Of a DNA stretch of 64,000 nucleotides, positions 18,694 through 27,333 are shown piece after piece (positions within the stretch are counted from its first letter, which is position 1; each line of letters opens with the position of its first letter). Location: contig CAZRCI010000003.1 of assembly GCA_964598535.1 (NCBI GenBank), forward strand, positions 155,741 through 219,740, written 5' to 3'. A model generated the notes under the pieces. The model was not told where the DNA came from and did not search any database. It saw nothing but the letters and a program-made list of their open reading frames with translations. Origin of the DNA: an uncultured Planctomycetaceae bacterium (lineage in GTDB: Bacteria; Planctomycetota; Planctomycetia; Pirellulales; PALSA-1355). The translations under genes and the position numbers were made by a program.

Positions 18694-21192
18694 TTACTCG
18701 TAGCGCAGAGCATCGATCGGGTCCAGGCGCGAGGCTTTCCACGCCGGATAAAAACCGAACGCGATGCCCACCCCCGCCGAGACGACAAACGCCGCGACAA
18801 TGGCCGGAATCGACGCGGACACCGGCCAGCGCAAAAAGAACCACACCAGCAACGTGGCCCCGCGCCCCAGCAGGATTCCCAGCGCGCCGCCAAAGAGGCA
18901 CAAGACGACCGACTCGATCAAGAATTGCCGCAGAATATGCTTTGCGCGGGCACCCACCGCCATCCGCAGACCGATCTCCCGCGTTCGTTCGGTGACTGAG
19001 ACCAACATAATGTTCATGATGCCCACGCCGCCCACGGCCAGCGAGATCATGGCCACGATCATGAGCAGGCCGCCCATCATCTTGGTCATCGACGACATGG
19101 CGTTGATGATTTCGGCCATGTCCCGGATCGCGAAGTCATCATCCCCGCCGTTTTGAATCCGATGCCGCTCGCGCAATAGCTCGGATACTTCCTCGATCGC
19201 GTCCTTAGCCCGATCGGCCGAGGCGGCCTTCACCAGGATCATGTCGACATTCGTAAAGCGAATCGGCATGGGGGTATTCGCCTTTTGCGAGATCGACTGC
19301 TCGGGATATAGCTTGGTGGCTCCCGGATATAGTTGATTGAGGGAGTTCACCTTGTCATAGCCGGGAGTGCTGGACGCCGAAGACGCCAACGCCGCGGCCG
19401 CGGATCCGCCAGTGATCCGATACTTCATCGTGGTCCAGGGAGTGATCAGAATGTCGTCCTGATCCATGCCCATCATGCTGCCGCCCTTGCGGCCGAGCAC
19501 TCCCACGACGCGAAGCGAAACATTATTCACTCGAACGTCCTGGCCCACGGGCGACTCGCCTTGGAACAGTTCCTTGGCCAGCGTCAGCCCAATCACGCAG
19601 ACCTTGTTGCTGGCCAGCACGTCGCGTTCGGTGAACATCTCTCCCTCGTGCATCTCCGTCCAGTCGCGAACGACGAGATAGTCGGGAGCGGTGCCATTTA
19701 AATTGGCCGGAATCCAGTTGCGATTCTGAAATACAACCTGACCGCTCCCCTGCACGACCGGCGCCACGGCGACGACCGACGGACATTGTTCCGCGATCTG
19801 CTCGGCATCCTCAGGCGTCAGCGTTTTTTCGCTCCCCGTGCCCCAACTAACACCACCACTCGCGGCGGCGCCCGACTGCACGATCAGCATGTTGGCGCCC
19901 ATGCTGGACATGGTCTTGATCAATTGTTCCCGCGAACCGGAGCTGATCTCGAAGATGGCAATCACGGCCGAGACGCCGATGATGATGCCGAGCGTGGTCA
20001 GCGCCGAACGCATTTTGTTGCGGCGCAGCGCGCCAAACGACGTACGAATCGAGGCCGGTATCAATGCCGCCGCCCATCCCGCGGCCATCCGCCGCCGGGC
20101 GAGCGGATGCACCGCCGCGAGCGAACCAGGATCCTCCTCGGCCGGCGCGTCGACTGCCTGGGCCATCGGTGCGGTAGCCCCGGCCAACCGCCGAGCACGC
20201 GATCGGGCCGGCGCTGCCACGCTGGTAGCAACGGCTTCGTCCCCTCCGTCCGTAGCCGGCCGGTCAGTCCACATGACCGTATGACTACCGGCCGGTGTTC
20301 CAACGTCATCGGCGCCGAGCTCATCGTCCGATGCAAGCGGTTCGCGTGTTTCGTGACTGCTTGCGGCATGGACGTTGCCCTTCGTATGCCCACTGCCCTT
20401 CGTATGCCCACTGCCCTTCGTATGCCCATTGCTGCCTTGCGAATGGACGCCGCCCGATCCTAGAACGGGCACATGCGGCGCGGGCAAAATCACATGCTTG
20501 CCGAGCGGACGCGTTTCGTCCTCCTCGATCAAACCGTCTTTGACGTGGATCACCCGATGCGCATAATCTGCCACCTTCGGATCGTGAGTAACAATGATGA
20601 CGGTCAATCCCTGGGCGTTCAGTTCCTGGAACATCTCTAGGATCTCGACGCTCGTCTTCGAGTCGAGATTTCCCGTTGGCTCGTCTCCCAAAAGCACGGC
20701 CGGATCATTGATCAGCGCGCGGGCGATCGCCACGCGTTGCTGTTGCCCACCCGACATCTGCGCCGGCACATGATCCAATCGGTCCTCCAGGCCAACGCGT
20801 TCGAGTAGCATCAGCGAACGAGCCGTGGCCTGGCTCGGAGTGCGCCGTTTCGTGGAATAGTCGAGTGGCATGAGCACATTGCTGACCGCGGTAGTTCGGG
20901 CGAGCAGGTTGAAGCTTTGAAACACGAACCCCAGCTTCGCCGTCCGCACCAAGGCGCGCGCGTCCGATCCGAGGCGGCTGATCTCTTGGCCATCGAGCCA
21001 ATACTCTCCGGAGGTAGGGCGATCGAGGCAGCCCAGAATGTTCATCAGCGTCGTCTTGCCGGAACCGGACGCCCCCATCAGAGCGACCAGTTCCCCGCGT
21101 CGAATCGAAAGCGAAACTCCGCGCAAGACCGGCACGTCGATCTCTCCGACGTGATAGGTCTTTGTGATGTTTTCGCAGCGGATTAGTTCCAT
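18694..21192 (-). CDS. macB: MacB-type fused ABC ATPase/FtsX-like permease with long low-complexity linker
   Basis: Walker [10 protein letters not shown], signature [15 protein letters not shown], Walker [13 protein letters not shown]-terminal MacB periplasmic domain and FtsX TM helices. 832 aa, longer than usual because of an inserted linker. Confidence 0.9.
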   Translation of the reverse strand: MELIRCENITKTYHVGEIDVPVLRGVSLSIRRGELVALMGASGSGKTTLMNILGCLDRPTSGEYWLDGQEISRLGSDARALVRTAKLGFVFQSFNLLARTTAVSNVLMPLDYSTKRRTPSQATARSLMLLERVGLEDRLDHVPAQMSGGQQQRVAIARALINDPAVLLGDEPTGNLDSKTSVEILEMFQELNAQGLTVIIVTHDPKVADYAHRVIHVKDGLIEEDETRPLGKHVILPAPHVPVLGSGGVHSQGSNGHTKGSGHTKGSGHTKGNVHAASSHETREPLASDDELGADDVGTPAGSHTVMWTDRPATDGGDEAVATSVAAPARSRARRLAGATAPMAQAVDAPAEEDPGSLAAVHPLARRRMAAGWAAALIPASIRTSFGALRRNKMRSALTTLGIIIGVSAVIAIFEISSGSREQLIKTMSSMGANMLIVQSGAAASGGVSWGTGSEKTLTPEDAEQIAEQCPSVVAVAPVVQGSGQVVFQNRNWIPANLNGTAPDYLVVRDWTEMHEGEMFTERDVLASNKVCVIGLTLAKELFQGESPVGQDVRVNNVSLRVVGVLGRKGGSMMGMDQDDILITPWTTMKYRITGGSAAAALASSASSTPGYDKVNSLNQLYPGATKLYPEQSISQKANTPMPIRFTNVDMILVKAASADRAKDAIEEVSELLRERHRIQNGGDDDFAIRDMAEIINAMSSMTKMMGGLLMIVAMISLAVGGVGIMNIMLVSVTERTREIGLRMAVGARAKHILRQFLIESVVLCLFGGALGILLGRGATLLVWFFLRWPVSASIPAIVAAFVVSAGVGIAFGFYPAWKASRLDPIDALRYE
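20376..20429. repeat. 3 x 18 bp in-frame tandem repeat inside the MacB linker
   Basis: tgcccttcgtatgcccac repeated three times (last copy ends in t). Encodes [18 protein letters not shown] on the minus strand. Confidence 0.9.
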
Positions 21193-21217
21193 GCTCGCGA
21201 CGCTCTCGGGGAAAAGT

Positions 21218-22690
21218 TTAGATCTTCTTCTTGGACTTACCGCGGAGGCGCGGAGGCGCGAGCGGATTGTTCGTTTCCGAGGAAACCTCGGCGACCTCCT
21301 CGCCCAGCACCACTTCCATGCCGGGTTCGAGATCCCCCGAAACCACCTCGGACACCAATCCGTCCGTCAAGCCGATGGTCACATCGACCGGATAAACCTT
21401 GTTACCGGTTCGCACCCATACGCGCCGCAGCGAGGTTTTGGCCTTAGCCGCGTCCGCGACGCTTTTCGCCACGCCATCTCTCTCCCCCGCTGCGTCGGCA
21501 TCGGCCGTCAGCACATCCGAGGTCTCGGTGTCCTCCGCGCCGTCTTCTCCGCCCACCGCGTCGGCGGTCTCCAAACTGGGGGTGTCTTCGGGCTGCTGTC
21601 CCGAGGGCGAAGTGATAAGCTCCGGCCGCGGCTTGTAGCGCAGAGCCGAATTCGGCACCAAAATCGCGTCCGGACGACGCTTGATTTCGAACTCGACGCG
21701 TGCCGAAAGGTACGGCAGCAACTTCAGGTCTTCGTTCGGCGTCGTCACGATCACGCGATAGACCACGACGTGATTCTGCATCTCGGCATTCAGCCGAACC
21801 TCGGAAATCTCGCCGTGAAACGTATCGCCCGGAAAAGCATCCACCGTGAAGCGTACCGGCTGACCAACGCGTAGTTGCCCGATGTCCGCTTCATTGACGG
21901 CGGTCCAGATTTCCATCCGCCGCAGATCCTGCGCGATCAGGAACAAGCTGGGGGCGTTCAAACTAGCCACGACCGTTTGCCCGATGTTCACCCGACGGTC
22001 GATGATCGTGCCGTCCACGGGCGAAGTGATCGTCGTGTAGTCGAGATTCGTTTTGGCCGAGAAAACGGTCGCCTTGGCTTGCTCGACCGAAGCCTTGTTA
22101 ACGTTCACGTTGGCTTCGGCGATCTCGTAGTTCGCCTTGGCAAGAATATAGTCGGCGTCCGAAATTCCCTTGATGGTCGTCGGCGTGGGCATCTGATTTC
22201 CAACTCGATTGAGCGACGCCAGCGAAGATCCGGACTGAAGCTTGACGTCACGCAACCGCTGCGCGCGTTCCCATTCCGCCTTGGTTTGCGTAAGCCGAGC
22301 TTCGGCCTGCATCAAGTCCGCTTCCGCGCGTGCCTGCGAAGCCAAGGCCTGATCGTAGGTGGCCTGGAACAAGGCCGGGTCGATCTGCGCCAACAGGTCC
22401 CCCTGCTTCACTATGCTGTTATAGTCAACGTGCTTGCCCTGGTACTTGGGGTCCGTCGCGCCGCGCGGGTCAAGGCCGAGCTCTTTGATGCGTCCCATGA
22501 CCTGAGCGCCGACGTCGACAACCTCCTCCGGTTCGAGCGTCCCGGTGGCGCTGATCGTCACCGTCAGTTCGCCGCGTTCAACCTCCGCGGTGCGCAAGTT
22601 GGGAGGCGCCTCGGCGCGCAGGTACTTCGTATAGTAGAAAGCCCCGCCGCCAATGGCCGCGAGAAGCAAAATGACAATCGTGGTGCGCAT
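21218..22690 (-). CDS. efflux periplasmic adaptor (MacA/HlyD family)
   Basis: N-terminal TM anchor, coiled-coil hairpin region (QARAEADLMQAEARLTQTKAEWERAQRL), beta-barrel region. Adjacent to the MacB gene. Confidence 0.85.
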   Translation of the reverse strand: MRTTIVILLLAAIGGGAFYYTKYLRAEAPPNLRTAEVERGELTVTISATGTLEPEEVVDVGAQVMGRIKELGLDPRGATDPKYQGKHVDYNSIVKQGDLLAQIDPALFQATYDQALASQARAEADLMQAEARLTQTKAEWERAQRLRDVKLQSGSSLASLNRVGNQMPTPTTIKGISDADYILAKANYEIAEANVNVNKASVEQAKATVFSAKTNLDYTTITSPVDGTIIDRRVNIGQTVVASLNAPSLFLIAQDLRRMEIWTAVNEADIGQLRVGQPVRFTVDAFPGDTFHGEISEVRLNAEMQNHVVVYRVIVTTPNEDLKLLPYLSARVEFEIKRRPDAILVPNSALRYKPRPELITSPSGQQPEDTPSLETADAVGGEDGAEDTETSDVLTADADAAGERDGVAKSVADAAKAKTSLRRVWVRTGNKVYPVDVTIGLTDGLVSEVVSGDLEPGMEVVLGEEVAEVSSETNNPLAPPRLRGKSKKKI

Positions 22691-22718
22691 CGTTATAAGC
22701 GTCTACGTAGCTAGGTTG

Positions 22719-23222
22719 TTACTCGTTCGCGCCGCCCAGTTCTTGAGCTGCGGCGCCGAACAACTTCAGGGCCTCAAGCACCACCAGGCGGTCCGCCGTT
22801 GAAAGCTGATCGAGAATCTCCTGCACGCGCTCGATCCGCCGCTCCTCGCGCTCGCGAAGCAGCTTACGTGCCCGGGCCGTAAGCTCCAGACTTCGCACCC
22901 GTCGGTCCTCACCCACCGCGCCGCGCGTTACCATTCCCGCCGCTTCCAGCCGATCGGCGATCTGCGTAATCGCGCTCTGCGACACGCCCAATTCGATGCT
23001 CAACTCCTTCATCGATCGCGGACTTTCGAAGAGTGCCGCGCAAACCCGAAATTGACGAAGCGGCATATCCGACGCCGCGTCATCATGGACCAAAATGCGC
23101 CGCCCGATGATCTTGAAGATCCCATCAATCGCACAAGCCTGGCCGCGCGTCGATGGCTCTGACGATTTCGTGAAGTCTGGCGTCACGCCAGCACGGCGAC
23201 GGATCTGGGCAGTTTGATTCAT
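22719..23222 (-). CDS. MarR family transcriptional regulator
   Basis: wHTH SMKELSIELGVSQSAITQIADRLEAAGMVTRGAVGEDRRVRSLELT. First gene of the efflux operon. Confidence 0.85.
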   Translation of the reverse strand: MNQTAQIRRRAGVTPDFTKSSEPSTRGQACAIDGIFKIIGRRILVHDDAASDMPLRQFRVCAALFESPRSMKELSIELGVSQSAITQIADRLEAAGMVTRGAVGEDRRVRSLELTARARKLLREREERRIERVQEILDQLSTADRLVVLEALKLFGAAAQELGGANE

Positions 23223-23241
23223 GCCCCTATATTATTAATCC

Positions 23242-23255
23242 GTCTTAATTAAGAC
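23242..23255. promoter_or_regulatory. perfect 14-bp palindrome, candidate MarR operator
   Basis: GTCTTAATTAAGAC, 20 bp upstream of the MarR start, in an AT-rich patch. Confidence 0.45.
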
Positions 23256-23310
23256 AAGATGAAGCAAGCTCCCCGTGGCCCAAGATCTCTTCCAAATGGC
23301 CGCACACCAA

Positions 23311-23349
23311 TAAAAAACCCACTCGGCGCGGGGCAGCAACGCGAGTGGG
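23311..23349 (-). terminator. Rho-independent terminator candidate
   Basis: Minus-strand RNA reads CCCACUCG-16 nt loop-CGAGUGGG followed by UUUUUUAUU. Lies between the upstream hypothetical gene and the MarR promoter region. Confidence 0.5.
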
Positions 23350-23595
23350 CCTGGGTTAGCGAACCCTCACGGGCTCATTCCCAGACAACACTATCGGCGA
23401 TTCGAGCCGCCATCTTCTACCCGAGTGATATACGAAAAAATAGCATCCACGTCCGCGAACACACTGTCACGCAGGCGCGCGCCAGGCGTGCAATAACGCA
23501 CATGAAGGCAATGTTCACGGCTGCCCAAAGGTCGCAATGTCGCCTCCGGCCCGCGTTCCGGGCGCTGGTTTCCATGCACCAGGAAATTGCACTGT

Positions 23596-25248
23596 TTACT
23601 CAATAAAACGGTGATAACGCCCCATCCAGTAAGGCAACAAAAGCGCGTGCCCGTCGTCTCGCTCGCGGCCCCCGGTACCGCCGTCGAGCGTATAGGGGTC
23701 GCCATTCCACCGCATCACGCGACGCTCGCTGACCGGCAAAACCGCTTGCGACCGCGCACGCCGTTCACGATTGTCGCCCAGGATCGTAATATCCCGCCGA
23801 TGCGAATTTTTCACCGTCCAGACTGTCGTGTCCGCAGGCACGTCGCGCAGCCACTCGAGCGACTCGGCTCCGTCGTATTCGTTCGGCTCGACCAATGCTC
23901 TCTCGGGCCGTTTCGAGGGATCGGTCCAAACGTTGGCCTGCAACGCCGCGCCATAGATGTAGTTGAACAGCGGGCTATGCTCCGGACGTTCGATATGCCA
24001 CGAACGGTAGATGCTAGCTAGATACACCTTGCGCAAATGCACGTCGCGTTCGAGCACCACCAGGGGATAGTAAGACAAGAACGCCAACTCGTCATCGCTA
24101 TGATTCACCAAATACGCCGGCCAAATCTGCTTCTGCATGACCGTATTGGTCGCGTAACTGTGATCGGCAATCAACTCCTTGAGCTTCGCTGTGTAACGCG
24201 GCTTGCCGACGATCTGCTCGGCCACCTTGAGGTGCGAGAGAATCTCCAGCGAGTTCAACCCGCGATCGCCGATCCGGCGCAAATCGTGATTCAATCCTTC
24301 CGGTGACCAGACGCCCCAGGTGGTCGGTTTGCCGGGCGGTCCGACGTAATGGAGCCCATGATCAAGAATATGATCGGTGATCCGTTCGACGTAACCGCGA
24401 ATCTCCTCTCGTTCGGCCGCGTCCGCGGCGATGTTGTAGTACACGTGATAGGCAAAGTAATGCCCCACGACTTCGTCGCTCGAGGTGTCTGCCTTCCACC
24501 ACCACTTGCCATCGGCCGAGGGATGCCATTCGCCGCCGTGCCGCTTCGGATCGCTCTCCTTGGGAATCACGCTACGGGCCACGAAGCCCGGGATCGTGGA
24601 GATTCGCTCCAGGAACATCAGCGCGTCGAGCGAACGCCGCGCGTTCTGTTTCGCAACGGGGTCGCCCGTCGCGCCATAGCGAAACGCCTCGGCCGCCAGA
24701 TACATGGCCGTCCACAACCCATCGTTGTCGTTCGACTCCTGCATGCGCGCGGTCGAGAGGTCGCCGGGCGTGGTCAACGTGACCTCCGAGACGAAGCCAT
24801 TCCGAACATGGTGCTTTTGAAGCGTTTCGTCGACCGCCAGCATCTTGGCTTCCAACGAAGCGGCCTGCTGCCGCAAGCGCACAGTGCCCTCCGAGGTGCG
24901 CACGTACAGCCAGCCGTCAGCGGCCAATGAAAGCTGCTGCACGTCATCGCTAGGAAGCCAACGCCGTGAATGAAACACGCGCCATCGTGCGCCACTGCGT
25001 GCGAGCCACTGCAAGCCATGCGGTGAACCAACCCAGGTGTCTCCCTCCGCGCTGCGCACGCCGATCGTCGCGTCGGCAAAGGGCAATGTCGGCGAGCCCT
25101 CGGTGAGCGACGTGAGCTCGACATCCGAAAGCTTGGCGCCAGCGGAGGCCGGCAAGACCTCGACGGTGGAAGGTTCCACGACCCAGGCCAGATACGAATC
25201 GTCCGTCGTGGATGCTGCTAGCGCAATGGCAGCCAAGAGTGCGAGCAT
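23596..25248 (-). CDS. secreted hypothetical protein (function unknown)
   Basis: 550-aa ORF with signal-like N-terminus (MLALLAAIALAAS) and GC3-rich codons. No motif I can name with confidence. Confidence 0.6.
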   Translation of the reverse strand: MLALLAAIALAASTTDDSYLAWVVEPSTVEVLPASAGAKLSDVELTSLTEGSPTLPFADATIGVRSAEGDTWVGSPHGLQWLARSGARWRVFHSRRWLPSDDVQQLSLAADGWLYVRTSEGTVRLRQQAASLEAKMLAVDETLQKHHVRNGFVSEVTLTTPGDLSTARMQESNDNDGLWTAMYLAAEAFRYGATGDPVAKQNARRSLDALMFLERISTIPGFVARSVIPKESDPKRHGGEWHPSADGKWWWKADTSSDEVVGHYFAYHVYYNIAADAAEREEIRGYVERITDHILDHGLHYVGPPGKPTTWGVWSPEGLNHDLRRIGDRGLNSLEILSHLKVAEQIVGKPRYTAKLKELIADHSYATNTVMQKQIWPAYLVNHSDDELAFLSYYPLVVLERDVHLRKVYLASIYRSWHIERPEHSPLFNYIYGAALQANVWTDPSKRPERALVEPNEYDGAESLEWLRDVPADTTVWTVKNSHRRDITILGDNRERRARSQAVLPVSERRVMRWNGDPYTLDGGTGGRERDDGHALLLPYWMGRYHRFIE

Positions 25249-25400
25249 GGAAAAATCTCCGAAGAATCAAACGCCGCGGCGGGAGGTCCAGGCAGGAAGC
25301 CTCCCTATAAGTAGTCGCACGCTGAGCCCGATGCAAGTGCCTGGATTGCGCCCGGGGGGATATCATGGCCACCGCGCCGACCGCATCGGCCCCCGGGCCG

Positions 25401-27032
25401 CTACCGTAGCGTGACGGACTCGACGACGTCGACATTGCCGCCAAACGAGGCGCCGCCGATCAGCAGGATCTGATCTTCGAAGGAAATCAGCCGATGCACG
25501 ATCCTCGGCTTCGTCTTGCCGGCGGTTTGCCAGACGCCAGAAGCGTCCTCCAACCGCAGTAACGAACCGTCGGCCACGCTGGCGATAAGCCGCCCCTTGT
25601 GGATGCAAGCCGCCGGCGCGAACCCGTTTCGTTCTTTTCCGGGCAGGGCCGGCCCCTTTGTCCATGCGCCGGACTGAGGATCGTAGATATCCACTTCGAG
25701 ACTTGGCACCGAGCTCTCCTGAAAGCCTCCGATTACATACACTTTTCCTTGATAGACGGACGCAATCAGCGCGCGACGCTCGAACGGCTGGCCCTCGGTT
25801 TTCCATGTCGGCTTTTCTTCCGAGAGATCCAAAATCTCCATCGTGTCATGCCACACTTCGCCTTCTTCGCCGCGCATGTCCCAACCGCCAACGACAATGA
25901 GTTTATTTCCCGCCGCCACGATATCGTGCGACGAACGCGGCTTGGGCAGCGCCGGAAATTCGGTCCACGCGCCACGCTCAGGATCGTACATCGCGCATTC
26001 AGCCACCGAGCGGTTATCCGTGGGGGTGCCCTTCTGGTTCACCGGGTGCATGCCGCCAATGCGATAGATCTTGCCGTCGGCTTCCACCAGGTTGAGTCCC
26101 TGGAGCGGCGTTCCTCCAGGAAGCTTTTCCCACGCCTGTGGATCAGCCAGGTTCAAGCGATGGAAGTCTCCCGTGACAGCCTCGGTGTGATAAAGATGTG
26201 GGCGAACGACGTGCCCGCCATAGATGTACGCCCAACCGTTGGCCGCGGCGCCCCCCAGGCTCGACGCCGCCCGCGGTAATCGCGGAAACCTGTCGGACGT
26301 TGATTCGGCCGACGTGGCCTCGGCGGTTTTCGTGGTGGAAACGGGCTGCGCTTCCGCCGGAACGTCGAACACCAACGTGGCATAGTGGCGCAGTTGTTCG
26401 TACTTCTTGCCGTCAATTTCGCCGGGCAGATCCTCCCAATAGCGTGCCCATGCGCCAAACCGCCCGCGCTGATCAAATGCCGGAGTCAGCCCTGACTCGT
26501 CGGTTTCGACTTCTTCCTGGTCGCCATTAGGTAAAAGCACCGTAAGCGCGGCCTTGGCCGCGGGCTGGCCGTTTACAAGCATTTTCAACCTGGTCGCGCC
26601 GGGCTCACCCACCGGGACAAGCTCCACCACGCGGCCGCCCCCCAACACGGTGCGTTCGTCAAAAGGGCTTCCAACAATCGCCTTGGGATAGTAACGCAGG
26701 ACATGAGGCTTACTGCCGAAGCGCGCATTCACGCCGAGATCGAGCACACCATGCACGACCCGCGATCCATCGCCCGGAAGCTGCGTGACGAAGGCGTTCT
26801 CACGCACCTCCGTAAGCTCGATCGGCAAGTCAGCCCCCCCCGCACCTCGCACGACGAGCTTCACGCCACGTATGATCGCGACGGGAACATCTCCATCGGC
26901 TTCGAGTGTTTCGCTCAACAAAACCCGCGCCGAGCCTCCATCGACCGCGGGCACAATGAACAGAAAGTGCGCCTGGACCGTCGCGGCCATCGCCGCCAGA
27001 AGACTCGCCGCCAATGGGACCCTACGAATCAT
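25401..27032 (-). CDS. Kelch-repeat beta-propeller protein with N-terminal DUF4198-like domain
   Basis: Signal peptide. Repeated Kelch signatures (IYRIGGMHP, LIVVGGWD, VYVIGGF, ILLIGGAS). The N-terminal domain assignment is tentative. Confidence 0.7.
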   Translation of the reverse strand: MIRRVPLAASLLAAMAATVQAHFLFIVPAVDGGSARVLLSETLEADGDVPVAIIRGVKLVVRGAGGADLPIELTEVRENAFVTQLPGDGSRVVHGVLDLGVNARFGSKPHVLRYYPKAIVGSPFDERTVLGGGRVVELVPVGEPGATRLKMLVNGQPAAKAALTVLLPNGDQEEVETDESGLTPAFDQRGRFGAWARYWEDLPGEIDGKKYEQLRHYATLVFDVPAEAQPVSTTKTAEATSAESTSDRFPRLPRAASSLGGAAANGWAYIYGGHVVRPHLYHTEAVTGDFHRLNLADPQAWEKLPGGTPLQGLNLVEADGKIYRIGGMHPVNQKGTPTDNRSVAECAMYDPERGAWTEFPALPKPRSSHDIVAAGNKLIVVGGWDMRGEEGEVWHDTMEILDLSEEKPTWKTEGQPFERRALIASVYQGKVYVIGGFQESSVPSLEVDIYDPQSGAWTKGPALPGKERNGFAPAACIHKGRLIASVADGSLLRLEDASGVWQTAGKTKPRIVHRLISFEDQILLIGGASFGGNVDVVESVTLR

Positions 27033-27306
27033 GGCCGAACCTCGATGTAAAAAACGGGAGCGCGCGCAGCGCCGTCAGGATCGCATCGCCAAAGGCACGC
27101 AATACCTGACGATTTCTACCGGCGCAGCGACAAATGCTCGAAATAAATCGCAATCCGTAAGAGCGGTTGGCGAGCGAGCGACCGCGATGAAAACGCGGCT
27201 GATGGGCGAGCGGGCGAATCGCAATTGAGACACAGTCTCAAGATATCGCGATTGTAGACGAGCGCTAAACCATGTCAAGCGTGACGCCGAACTTGTCCCC
27301 ATCGAA

Positions 27307-27333
27307 GCGGAGTGACGCCAGGCGTCACTCCGC
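27307..27333 (-). terminator. 27-nt perfect palindrome overlapping the sulfatase stop codon (hairpin, possible terminator)
   Basis: gcggagtgacgcc-a-ggcgtcactccgc. No clear U-tract follows on the minus strand. Confidence 0.3.

Noticed and set aside
20376-20429. Short tandem repeats considered as a possible CRISPR-like array
   Set aside because: The units are contiguous 18-bp repeats with no spacers. They are in-frame within the MacB coding sequence. It is a coding minisatellite, not CRISPR.
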